A stretch of DNA of 64,000 nucleotides. Origin: Dehalococcoidia bacterium (lineage in GTDB: Bacteria > Chloroflexota > Dehalococcoidia > Lucifugimonadales > UBA3495). The stretch's first letter is position 1. Each line of letters opens with the position of its first letter. The translations under genes were made by a program, and so were the position numbers. Shown here piece after piece: positions 34,887-43,130 of this stretch. Below the pieces are notes generated by a model that saw only the letters and a program-made list of their open reading frames with translations, was not told the origin of the DNA and did no database searches. The stretch spans positions 1,547,087-1,611,086 of the forward strand of contig OY761449.1 in the NCBI GenBank assembly GCA_963664375.1, given 5' to 3'.

Positions 34887-36584
34887 CTAGTACGGGCCTC
34901 CCTGGGACGGCTGGACCTCGATCATTTCGTGAACCGATTCGCCAGCGGGAATCCAGGGGTAGACCTGCTCGTCGGGCTTGACGACAAAGTCGATGATGAC
35001 CGGGCCCGACACCTCCATGGCGTGGCGCACGGCGTCGTCCACCTCGTCCTTGCGTGTTACGCGCATCCCGTCGATGCCGTAAGCCGCGGCCAGCTTGACG
35101 AAATCCGGGTTGCCGGAGTATTCCACGGCGTAGTACTCGCGGTCGTAGAATACGTCCTGCATCTGCTTGACCATGCCCAGGCTCTGGTTGTTCAGGATGG
35201 CGAACTTGATGTCCACGTTGTTCTCGACGGCCGTGGCCAGGTCGCACATGGTCATCTGGAACCCGCCGTCCCCGGCCACGGACCAGACGGTCTTGTCGGG
35301 CCGGCCCATCCGGGCCCCCAGGGCGGCGGGAACCTCGTAGCCCATTGACCCCAGGCCGCCGGAAGTGATGAGGGTATTGGGTTCCCGGAACTTGCAGTGC
35401 TGGGCCGCCCACATCTGGTGCTGGCCGACGCCGGTGACCACGATGCAGTCGCCTCCGGCCACCTCGGAAAGGCGGTTGAGCACGTGCTGGGGAAGCAGCT
35501 CCTCCGACTCCCTGATATGAAGGGACGGATGTTCCGCCTTCAGCTCCGCCAGACGGCGGTGCCAGTCGAGATGCACGTTGGGCTCCACCAGGGGAATCAA
35601 CTGGTTCAGCACCATCCTGAGGTCGCCCACTACCGGCACGGTGGCCTTGACGTTTTTGTCCAGTTCCGAGGCGTCCACGTCGACGTGTACCACCTTGGCG
35701 TTGGGGGCGAAGTCGCGCAGCCGGCCGGTAACGCGGTCGTCGAAGCGCATTCCCAGCGCAATCAGCAGGTCGGCCTGGTCGATGGCGAGATTGTTGTAGG
35801 CCATGCCATGCATGCCGGGCATGCCCATATTGAGGATATGGTCGGTGGGCAGGGAACTGATGCCCAAAAGCGTGGTAATCACCGGAATCTGCGCCTTCTC
35901 GGCCAGCTCGATCAGCTCGCCGTAAGCCTGCGAAATTAGGACGCCGTGTCCGGCCATGATAACGGGGCGTCTGGCCTCGTTTATGAGCTGGGCGGCGCGC
36001 GCCACCTGGGACGCAGGGGCCTCGCCGGGCGGGTGATAACCGGGCAGGTTGGGCTTGTCCGGCCAGATGAATTCGGTCTTCAGGTCCTGCAAGACATCCT
36101 TGGGAATGTCCACCAGCACCGGCCCCGGACGCCCCGTGCGCGCGATGTGGAACGCTTCCTTGATAGCCGGGGCCACGTCTTCCACTTCCATCACCAGGAA
36201 GTTGTGCTTGGTGATGGGCAGGGTGATGCCGGTTACGTCGGTTTCCTGGAAGGCGTCGCGGCCAATGGCGGCGCGGGGCACCTGGCCGGTGACTGCCACC
36301 AGCGGCACGGAGTCCATCTGGGCCGTGGCGATTCCGGTAACGAGATTCGTGGCGCCGGGGCCGCTGGTGGCCGAGCAAACGCCGACGCGGCCCGTGGCGC
36401 GGGCGTAGCCGTCTGCGGCCATGGCGGCGGCCTGCTCGTGCCGCACCAGCACGTGGCGCAGCTCCGGGTACTTGGCCATGGCGCCGTACAACGGCAGCAC
36501 CGCCCCGCCGGGCAGCCCGAACACTATGTCGACCCCCTCCTTGAGGAGGCTTTCGCAGACAATTTCAGCGCCGCTAAGTTTCAT
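34887..36584 (-). CDS. ilvB: acetolactate synthase large subunit
   Basis: MKLSGAEIVCESLLKEGVDIVFGLPGGAVLPLY and the GLGSMGYEVPAALGA ThDP motif. AGGAAG RBS lies upstream of ATG 36584. Confidence 0.95.
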   Translation of the reverse strand: MKLSGAEIVCESLLKEGVDIVFGLPGGAVLPLYGAMAKYPELRHVLVRHEQAAAMAADGYARATGRVGVCSATSGPGATNLVTGIATAQMDSVPLVAVTGQVPRAAIGRDAFQETDVTGITLPITKHNFLVMEVEDVAPAIKEAFHIARTGRPGPVLVDIPKDVLQDLKTEFIWPDKPNLPGYHPPGEAPASQVARAAQLINEARRPVIMAGHGVLISQAYGELIELAEKAQIPVITTLLGISSLPTDHILNMGMPGMHGMAYNNLAIDQADLLIALGMRFDDRVTGRLRDFAPNAKVVHVDVDASELDKNVKATVPVVGDLRMVLNQLIPLVEPNVHLDWHRRLAELKAEHPSLHIRESEELLPQHVLNRLSEVAGGDCIVVTGVGQHQMWAAQHCKFREPNTLITSGGLGSMGYEVPAALGARMGRPDKTVWSVAGDGGFQMTMCDLATAVENNVDIKFAILNNQSLGMVKQMQDVFYDREYYAVEYSGNPDFVKLAAAYGIDGMRVTRKDEVDDAVRHAMEVSGPVIIDFVVKPDEQVYPWIPAGESVHEMIEVQPSQGGPY

Positions 36585-36608
36585 ACTTCCTGCCCGCTGG
36601 TAGCTCGC

Positions 36609-36650
36609 AATTCCCGGGGAATTCGGCGTTCCCGCAAAAGCGGGAATCCG
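36609..36650. repeat. REP2 hairpin element(s) inside the ilvB leader
   Basis: aattcccggggaattcggcgttcccgcaaaagcgggaatccgg lies between the T-box terminator and the ilvB start. Confidence 0.65.
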
Positions 36651-36730
36651 GCGCCAATCTGGCGGTTGGTGGCTGGTGACCAAGGCTGTGAGGTGGCCCC
36701 TGCCTAATATTCACTGGCCACAAAGGGCAT

Positions 36731-37001
36731 AAAAAAACACCCATCCCAACATGAAGGGACGGGTGTGGGCCCGCGGTACCACCCTTCTTCCCCGATGCCC
36801 GGCAGTCTTATGCCGGGTCCGGGGCTGCTTTCGGACTCTGTAACGGTGTCACCCGCCGCGCCCTGCTGTCAGGATTCGATCCGGACCATCAGGCGGGCCG
36901 CTCCCGGGCGAGTTCGCGACGCTACTGCCACCGGCTCGCACCAACCGCCGGTTCTCTGACGCAGGCTACCGCTACTACTCCCGCTCAGCGCGGAATTTCG
37001 T
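36731..37001 (-). promoter_or_regulatory. T-box riboswitch leader (putative Leu, CUC specifier) with intrinsic terminator
   Basis: The minus strand reads ...GCGCUGAGCGGGAGUAG...CAGAGAA...UGGUGCGAGCC...GCAGUAGCGUCGCGAA-CUC-G... and then GAAGAAGGGUGGUACCGCGGG, the conserved T-box sequence (36770-36790). A 10-bp terminator stem CACCCGUCCC/GGGAUGGGUG and U7 (36731-36768) follow. Confidence 0.85.
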
Positions 37002-37007
37002 GGGGAA

Positions 37008-37036
37008 ATCTTATCAGCGCCCCTCCCCCGTGTCAA
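37008..37036 (-). promoter_or_regulatory. sigma70-type promoter of the ilv-leu operon
   Basis: The minus strand has TTGACA (37036-37031), a 17-nt spacer, then TAAGAT (37013-37008), directly upstream of T-box stem I. Confidence 0.6.
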
Positions 37037-37051
37037 CGAACAATTTGCCGT

Positions 37052-37224
37052 GGCATTCTCAACGCGTGCTGGTATTCCCATGTAGGGGCGCACAGCCGTG
37101 CGCCCCTGTCTGCGCAGGAGAGAATTGTGCTGGAACCGGGGGCCAGGGCGCACGGCTGTGCGCCCCTACGCGGCGGGGCCAAGCAGACAAATCGCGTCCA
37201 ATACCAACACACGTTGAGAATACC
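37052..37224 (+). mobile_element. MITE copy C (173 bp; perfect 8-bp TSD TTTGCCGT; core inverted relative to copies A and B)
   Basis: TIRs ggcattctcaacgcgtgctggtatt / aataccaacacacgttgagaatacc. TTTGCCGT is present at 37044-37051 and at 37225-37232. The core ctgtctgcgcaggagagaattgtgctggaaccgggggcca is the reverse complement of the copy A core. Confidence 0.9.
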
Positions 37225-37241
37225 TTTGCCGTTCAACGGCA

Positions 37242-37847
37242 TCAAATCAACATTTCAACACGGTCGAGTTCGCCCGCTACCGGATTCACGTTGAACCCCA
37301 GCGATTCGAGAGCCGTGACACCCATTACCGTGGGGTCGCCGTCTTCGCCGAAGACCACCGTCACCCCTGCCACTTCGCCACCATAGGTCAGAATGACCGT
37401 TCCCGTGGCCCGCGTAATGAAGCCGCCGAAGCCTCGCAGCCTCCGCTGGCCGGTCCGCTGGATTCCCAGGCGGTCCAGCAGGCTGGCCGGGAAAACGCTA
37501 AGCGTAGCTCCGGCATCCACCAGAACGTTGACTTCCTCGGCGCTGCCCGGCGCCGATGGATTCGACAAACCGACGTTGACGTGAACGAAACCCATACTTA
37601 CAGCTCCAAGGGATGGTTTGACAGGGATACCCGCGAGCGGGTCGGAAAAGACTTTGCTTATAGGTTCGCACACCCCGGCCCTGTCCCCGCGCCCTTTGAT
37701 AGCGCCGAGATTAACGACCTTTCGGTCTTCCGTCCACTTTCTGCTCTGGAGGTAAGCAACGAGGGCTTTTGCGTCATGCCCGTGCTCTTCCGAGATGCTG
37801 TCTTTGATTCGCCAGAGTTCCCTGATGATTTCATCAGACATAACCAA
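37242..37847 (-). CDS. fusion ORF: antitoxin-like N-terminal segment plus retropepsin-like aspartic protease domain
   Basis: 201-aa uninterrupted frame. Residues 1-50 (MVMSDEIIRELWRIKDSISEEHGHDAKALVAYLQSRKW) resemble small partners of the upstream PIN family. Residues ~86-201 (MGFVHVNVGL...VLVDAGATLSVFP...LGFNVNPVAGELDRV) are paralogous to 17754..18113. Confidence 0.6.
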   Translation of the reverse strand: MVMSDEIIRELWRIKDSISEEHGHDAKALVAYLQSRKWTEDRKVVNLGAIKGRGDRAGVCEPISKVFSDPLAGIPVKPSLGAVSMGFVHVNVGLSNPSAPGSAEEVNVLVDAGATLSVFPASLLDRLGIQRTGQRRLRGFGGFITRATGTVILTYGGEVAGVTVVFGEDGDPTVMGVTALESLGFNVNPVAGELDRVEMLI

Positions 37848-38364
37848 AGTCTCCCATCAACTCGCGCGGGGAGCATATTTCAGGGCTGGTGCAACCTTGC
37901 TGAGCGCATACTTCTCGGACAATGGGTCTTGATGCCGCATTCGCAAGATGACGAAAATTCCAAGTCAAAAGATAATCTACACCATGCGCCGCTGACACAG
38001 CAATGTGAAGGGCATCCGCTTCGGATCTCGCCGGGACCGCCCCGTTTTCCAGGAGCGCAACCATCAATCCGGTCACTCGCCCGGTGAGTGTCAGGATGGG
38101 AATGCCGTCCAATGCTTCAAGGCGGCGCGCAGCCGCTTGCGGGTCGCCCTTGCCCGCTTCCTCGATGGTTAGGTCGGAGGTATAGAGGTCGAACCGGGTT
38201 CTATGCGATTCCCACCAGTCAATTGTAATCTTTTGCCAGGCGGCCGCCAACAAGTCGCTCGAAGGCCGCGCCGTCAGATAAGACACGACTGATGTCTCGA
38301 TATAGACCGTGCGCTTGGGTATTTCCGTTCGTTCCGTGGAAGTTTCGCTGTCTGGAAGGAGCAT
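37834..38364 (-). CDS. PIN-like domain protein (VapC-type, TWNF.H motif family)
   Basis: VYIETSVVSYL...EADALHIAVSAAHGVDYLLTWNFRHLAN fits this family. Its ATG at 38364 shares one base with the upstream gene's TGA. Confidence 0.7.
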   Translation of the reverse strand: MLLPDSETSTERTEIPKRTVYIETSVVSYLTARPSSDLLAAAWQKITIDWWESHRTRFDLYTSDLTIEEAGKGDPQAAARRLEALDGIPILTLTGRVTGLMVALLENGAVPARSEADALHIAVSAAHGVDYLLTWNFRHLANAASRPIVREVCAQQGCTSPEICSPRELMGDFGYV

Positions 38365-38804
38365 CACGACTCCGCCGCATCCCGCCACATGGCGCAGCCG
38401 GTTGCGCCCAGGACCAGCGGCAGCAGAGTGTCCACCACCGCCCAGATTACCCACGCCTGGTGGTTGTTCGATTCAAGCCCCACCTTCAGGAAGGCAATCC
38501 AGTTGTGAAGGAACAGGATTGTGATCCCGGCCGTCAGGTAAAGGGCAACGTTTGCCTCCAGGTACCTGCGGGTGATCCCGTCGCCGGAATACTGGGAGTC
38601 CATCCTTCGCTTCCGGTCGAAATTGTATGCCAGTCCCACAACCAACCCAACCGCCATCAGGATGTCCAGGACGAACCAGACGTCCGACACGTCCAGGTTG
38701 TCGAGGAAAAGAATATTGATACTGAACCAGACGGCCACCGCCACGGCGACGCCTATCAGATATACCGCCCCCAGCCGTTTCAGCCCGGTCATGCCTGCCT
38801 CCAT
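38364..38804 (-). CDS. hypothetical integral membrane protein (about 4 TM helices)
   Basis: Hydrophobic segments GAVYLIGVAVAVAVWF, VWFVLDILMAVGLVVGLAY, ALYLTAGITILFLHNWIAF and VIWAVVDTLLPLVLGATG. Start chosen at MEAGMTG; the ORF extends to 38927. Confidence 0.5.
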   Translation of the reverse strand: MEAGMTGLKRLGAVYLIGVAVAVAVWFSINILFLDNLDVSDVWFVLDILMAVGLVVGLAYNFDRKRRMDSQYSGDGITRRYLEANVALYLTAGITILFLHNWIAFLKVGLESNNHQAWVIWAVVDTLLPLVLGATGCAMWRDAAES

Positions 38805-38988
38805 TGACGCTCCGTATCCAGTCCCGGGAACGTCCCATGCCGGAGACGCCGCCTTTGGGTAAAGGGCCGGAATCTCCTGCATCGCGCGTATATTCTGCCA
38901 CTTCCGTATGCTAAAATTATTCCCCACGGAACCACGGTTTCTACCGTATTTTCAGACCTCACGCCACCGCGCGTTATGGATTAGCCCT

Positions 38989-40674
38989 GTGTCTGAGAGC
39001 ATTCTCGTCGCCGTCGCCTGGCCCTACGCCAATGGCCCGTTGCACCTCGGCCACGTCGCCGGGTGCTACCTGTCCGCCGACATTTTCGCCCGCTATCACC
39101 GGCTCAAGGGCAACCGCGTGCTGATGGTATCCGGCAGCGACACCCACGGCACGCCCATTACCATCAGGGCCGACCAGGAGGGCATAACTCCGGCCGAGGT
39201 GGTCGACCGCTATCATGCGCTGTTCCTGGATTCATGGGAGAAGCTGGGCATCTCGTTTGACCTTTTCACCCATACCAACACGGAGAATCACGAGGCAGTC
39301 ACCCACGATATTTTCAAGACGCTGCTGGACAAGGGATACATCTACACGGACACTACGCTGCTGGCCTATTGCGCCGAATGCGCCCGGTTTCTTCCCGACC
39401 GCTACGTGGAGGGTACCTGCCCCCACTGCGCCAACACCCGCGCGCGCGGCGACCAGTGCGACGCCTGCGGCAGAACGCTGGACCCCCTCGACTTGCTGGA
39501 ACCCCGTTGCGCTCTGAGCGGCGACACTCCCGAATTCCGGGAGTCGGAGCACTTCTTCCTGCGCCTGTCGGCTTTCCAGGAGCCGTTGCTGGAATGGGTG
39601 AACAGGCAATCGCACTGGCGCGCCAACGTGCTCAATTTCACCCGCCGTTTCCTGGAGGACGGCCTGCACGACCGGGCCATTTCCCGGGACCTGGACTGGG
39701 GCGTGTCCATCCCCATTGAGGGATACGAGGCCAAGAAAATATACGTCTGGTTCGAGGCGGTCATCGGCTATCTTTCGGCGGCCGTCGAATGGGCAAAGAT
39801 TCACGGAGAGCCGGAGTGCTGGCAGGACTTTTGGAAGGATCCCAACAGCCGCTCCTACTACTTCATCGGGAAAGACAACATTCCTTTCCACAGCATCATC
39901 TGGCCAGCCATGCTGATGGGCTATGGGAACGGTCTGAATTTGCCTTACGACGTGCCAGCCAACGAATTCCTGAGCCTGGAAAACCAGAAGTTTTCCACCA
40001 GCCAGAACTGGGCCGTCTGGGTGCCGGACTACCTTGAACGTTACGATCCGGACCCGCTGCGCTACCTGCTGTCCGTCAACATGCCGGAATCGGCAGACTC
40101 GGACTTCTCGTGGGGCGAGTTTGTCCGCCGCAACAACGATGAGCTGGTGGCGACCTACGGGAACCTGGTGAACCGGGTGCTGACCTTCGCCTACCGCAAC
40201 TTCGATGGCTGCGTGCCTGCGCCGGGAGAACTGGATGAGGACGACAGGGCGCTGCTGGAGGCGGCGCGCTCGGCCATGGACGACGTGGACGCCAGCCTGG
40301 ACGCCTGCCGTTTCAAGGCCGCCATTTCCCGCATCTTCGCGCTGGCCCAGGACGCGAACCGCTACCTGGACGCTCAGGCGCCCTGGCGCGCCATCCGCGA
40401 GGACCGTCAGGACGCGGCCACCAGCCTGTGGGTTTGCATCGCCGTCATCAACTGCCTGAAGACGCTGTTGCACCCCTTCATGCCGTTCAGTTCGCAGAGG
40501 CTCCATGAGTTCCTGGGGCAGGACGGTCGGGTCGAGGACGGCAGTTGGGACTTCGATGCCGTGGTAGCCTCGGTTCCGGGCGGGCGGGAGTTGCAGCGTC
40601 CCGCTCCGCTGTACGCCAAGTTGGAGACCGAGGTGGTAGACCAGGAAGTGGCCCGTCTGGGCGTGGCAACGTAG
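38989..40674 (+). CDS. metG: methionine--tRNA ligase
   Basis: WPYANGPLHLGHVAG (HIGH), a CPHC....C..CG zinc knuckle and KFSTSQ (KMSKS). GTG 38989 is chosen as start to avoid overlap with the divergent gene. Confidence 0.93.
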   Translation: MSESILVAVAWPYANGPLHLGHVAGCYLSADIFARYHRLKGNRVLMVSGSDTHGTPITIRADQEGITPAEVVDRYHALFLDSWEKLGISFDLFTHTNTENHEAVTHDIFKTLLDKGYIYTDTTLLAYCAECARFLPDRYVEGTCPHCANTRARGDQCDACGRTLDPLDLLEPRCALSGDTPEFRESEHFFLRLSAFQEPLLEWVNRQSHWRANVLNFTRRFLEDGLHDRAISRDLDWGVSIPIEGYEAKKIYVWFEAVIGYLSAAVEWAKIHGEPECWQDFWKDPNSRSYYFIGKDNIPFHSIIWPAMLMGYGNGLNLPYDVPANEFLSLENQKFSTSQNWAVWVPDYLERYDPDPLRYLLSVNMPESADSDFSWGEFVRRNNDELVATYGNLVNRVLTFAYRNFDGCVPAPGELDEDDRALLEAARSAMDDVDASLDACRFKAAISRIFALAQDANRYLDAQAPWRAIREDRQDAATSLWVCIAVINCLKTLLHPFMPFSSQRLHEFLGQDGRVEDGSWDFDAVVASVPGGRELQRPAPLYAKLETEVVDQEVARLGVAT

Positions 40675-40729
40675 GGGCGCCTCTTGCGGGCGCCCACGAA
40701 GGACGCTCGCACTTGGGATTGACGATTTA

Positions 40730-41728
40730 ATGCCTTACGGACTCGACGAGCGCACGGCGTCCATCTACGCCCCGATTCAGGCCGAGCTGGCCCTGGTTGA
40801 CGAGAAGCTGCGCGGCCTTGCCCCTGCCGAAGTCGGGCACCTGCGCCCTCTCCTCGATTACGTTGCGGAGACTGGCGGCAAGCGTGTCCGGCCCGCGATT
40901 ACGCTGCTGGCCGGGCAGTTGGGCGCCCACAAGGGACGCCCCTACGATTCCGAAAAGCTGGTGCTCATGGCCGGGGCCGTCGAACTGCTGCACCTGGCTA
41001 CGCTGATCCATGACGACACCGTAGACGACTCGCCAACCCGCCGGGGGCAGGCCACCGTGGGCAGCGTGTGGGGGAATCAGGTGGCCGTCCTGTTCGGCGA
41101 TTACGTTTTCGCCACGTCGGCGACTTTTGTCTGCGACACGGACAATATCCGCATCATGCGCCGGTTTTCCGAAACGATAATGGACCTCGCCAGTGGCGAG
41201 CTTATCGAGTACTTCGGCTCCTTTGACGCCACCCAGGCCAGGGAACACTACAACGACCGCATCTACCGCAAGACCGCATCCCTCTTCTGCACCGCCGGTG
41301 AATCGGGCGCCCTGCTCGGCGGCGGCCCCGAGAACGAAGTCCAGGCCATGCGCCGTTACGGCTACAACATCGGCATGGCCTACCAGGTCGGCGACGACCT
41401 GCTGGATTTCGAGGGAGACGAGAGCGACCTGGGCAAGCCGGTAGGCTCCGACCTGCTGCATGGAGTGTTGACGCTGCCCACCATCATGCTGGAGGAGCGC
41501 AACCCGGCCGATAGGCCGGTGTCCCAGTTCTTCAGCGACCGCGACAACCCGGCCAAGCTCCAGCGCGTCGTTGACATGATCCACAATTCCAGCATCATCG
41601 GCGACTGCGAGCAGGTGGTAAAGGACTATTGCCACCGGGCATGTGAGGAGCTGAACGCAATGCCCGACGGAGAGGCCCGCCGCTCCCTCCAGGAACTCGC
41701 CGAATACGTCTACAACCGCAGGCGATAG
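40730..41728 (+). CDS. polyprenyl diphosphate synthase (trans-IPPS, hepta/octaprenyl type)
   Basis: LIHDDTVDD (FARM) and GDDLLDF (SARM) motifs. Confidence 0.9.
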   Translation: MPYGLDERTASIYAPIQAELALVDEKLRGLAPAEVGHLRPLLDYVAETGGKRVRPAITLLAGQLGAHKGRPYDSEKLVLMAGAVELLHLATLIHDDTVDDSPTRRGQATVGSVWGNQVAVLFGDYVFATSATFVCDTDNIRIMRRFSETIMDLASGELIEYFGSFDATQAREHYNDRIYRKTASLFCTAGESGALLGGGPENEVQAMRRYGYNIGMAYQVGDDLLDFEGDESDLGKPVGSDLLHGVLTLPTIMLEERNPADRPVSQFFSDRDNPAKLQRVVDMIHNSSIIGDCEQVVKDYCHRACEELNAMPDGEARRSLQELAEYVYNRRR

Positions 41729-41798
41729 TCGCGCATTCCCGTTGATTCCCGGGACGTGATACCATCGGTAGCAGCCGGATGCTCAAGGTGCTTCAATA

Positions 41799-43130
41799 AT
41801 GGAAAGCGTAACCGTCAAAAATTTCCGTTGCTTCCGTGAGGAACAGACGGCCCGGCTGGCGCCTCTGACCTTCCTCGTCGGCGAGAACAGCACGGGCAAG
41901 ACATCGTTCCTGGCCTTGCTAAGGGCGCTTTGGGATGTGGCGTTCCGGGAGGTTGCCCCTGATTTCCGTGAACCGCCCTATGACTTGGGCAGTTTCGGTG
42001 ACATTGTGCATGACCGCGGGAGGGATGAAGCCCAAGAATCGGACGGTTTCGAAGTCGGCTTTGAATGCCTGAAGTCTAAAGCCGATGCGAAGATGACCTA
42101 TCACGACAGTCTTTTTTTCCGTGCGACTTTTAGGGAGAAACAGAGTGTTCCCTTTCCAGTATCGCGGAGCTTTTCTTGTAGTGGCCATTGGGTAAAAACC
42201 TATGCAACAGAGGACGGCGGTATTGCCGTTCATTTCGGAACGCCCGAAAAGGAATGGGAGCGCAAAATCACCCCTGCCTTTCCTTTTTCGCAAGGTGACA
42301 GACTAACCGGGCTAATGCCAATCCTAGACGCCTTGACTCCCTCGAAATCTTCAGAAGGCCGGCCGGAGTCGGACGAATCTGTATCCAGGGCTGATATACA
42401 GATGATATTTGACTCTTTGCTTCCACTTGATTTCTTTGGATACCCGTATGCTGGATCGCCCGTCCGCTCCTCCCCCAAGCGAACCTACGACCCCATTCGC
42501 CCGTCGCGAGACCCGGAAGGGGAGTACATACCGACATACCTTGCGAATATGGCGCGACGAAATCCCAGAATATGGGCAACCCTCAAGTCGGATTTGGAAA
42601 AATTCGGAAAGCAGTCCGGCTTGTTTGACGAAATTGAGATCAATTCCTTTGGCAATACCGCGGGCGGGCCTTTCCAGGTACACATCGGGAAGCGTGGTAA
42701 GAAATCCGGCGGGAATGCTCGAAACCTGATCGACGTCGGCTACGGCGTCAGCCAGGCGTTGCCGCCCATCACCGAATTGTTCAATCCCGACCCGACCCCG
42801 CTGTTCCTGTTGCAGCAGCCGGAGGTTCACCTGCACCCCAGCGCGCAGGCCGCCCTCGGAACGCTGTTCTGCTCCATCGCCGGTCCAGAGCGGCAGTTGG
42901 TGGTGGAAACACACAGCGACTTCATCCTCGACCGCGTGCTTATGGACATCCGGGACAAAACGACGGACTTGAGGGCGGATGACGTTTCGATACTCTACTT
43001 CGAGCCGAACGATGACCGGGACGTTACCATCCACTCGCTGCGGTTGGACGAGCGGGCAAATATCCTGAACGCGCCCCCCGGCTATCGACAGTTTTTCGCC
43101 GATGAATTGTGGCGCTCCGTAGGGTTGTGA
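41799..43130 (+). CDS. ABC-type AAA ATPase (AAA_15/21, DUF3696-like)
   Basis: 443 aa. VKNFRCF....L.PLTFLVGENSTGKTS is Walker A, DVGYGVSQ is signature-like, LFLLQQPEVHLHP is Walker B/D-loop and VETHSD is the H-loop. The DNA is more A/T-rich than its flanks. Confidence 0.8.
   Translation: MESVTVKNFRCFREEQTARLAPLTFLVGENSTGKTSFLALLRALWDVAFREVAPDFREPPYDLGSFGDIVHDRGRDEAQESDGFEVGFECLKSKADAKMTYHDSLFFRATFREKQSVPFPVSRSFSCSGHWVKTYATEDGGIAVHFGTPEKEWERKITPAFPFSQGDRLTGLMPILDALTPSKSSEGRPESDESVSRADIQMIFDSLLPLDFFGYPYAGSPVRSSPKRTYDPIRPSRDPEGEYIPTYLANMARRNPRIWATLKSDLEKFGKQSGLFDEIEINSFGNTAGGPFQVHIGKRGKKSGGNARNLIDVGYGVSQALPPITELFNPDPTPLFLLQQPEVHLHPSAQAALGTLFCSIAGPERQLVVETHSDFILDRVLMDIRDKTTDLRADDVSILYFEPNDDRDVTIHSLRLDERANILNAPPGYRQFFADELWRSVGL

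Noticed and set aside
40671-40700. GTAGGGGCGCC-N-GGCGCCC hairpins after metG, and at 46678 after the FMN glutamate-synthase-like gene, as intrinsic terminators
   Set aside because: The stems are short or imperfect and lack a T-run. They are mentioned only as relatives of the shared hairpin module and are not annotated as terminators.
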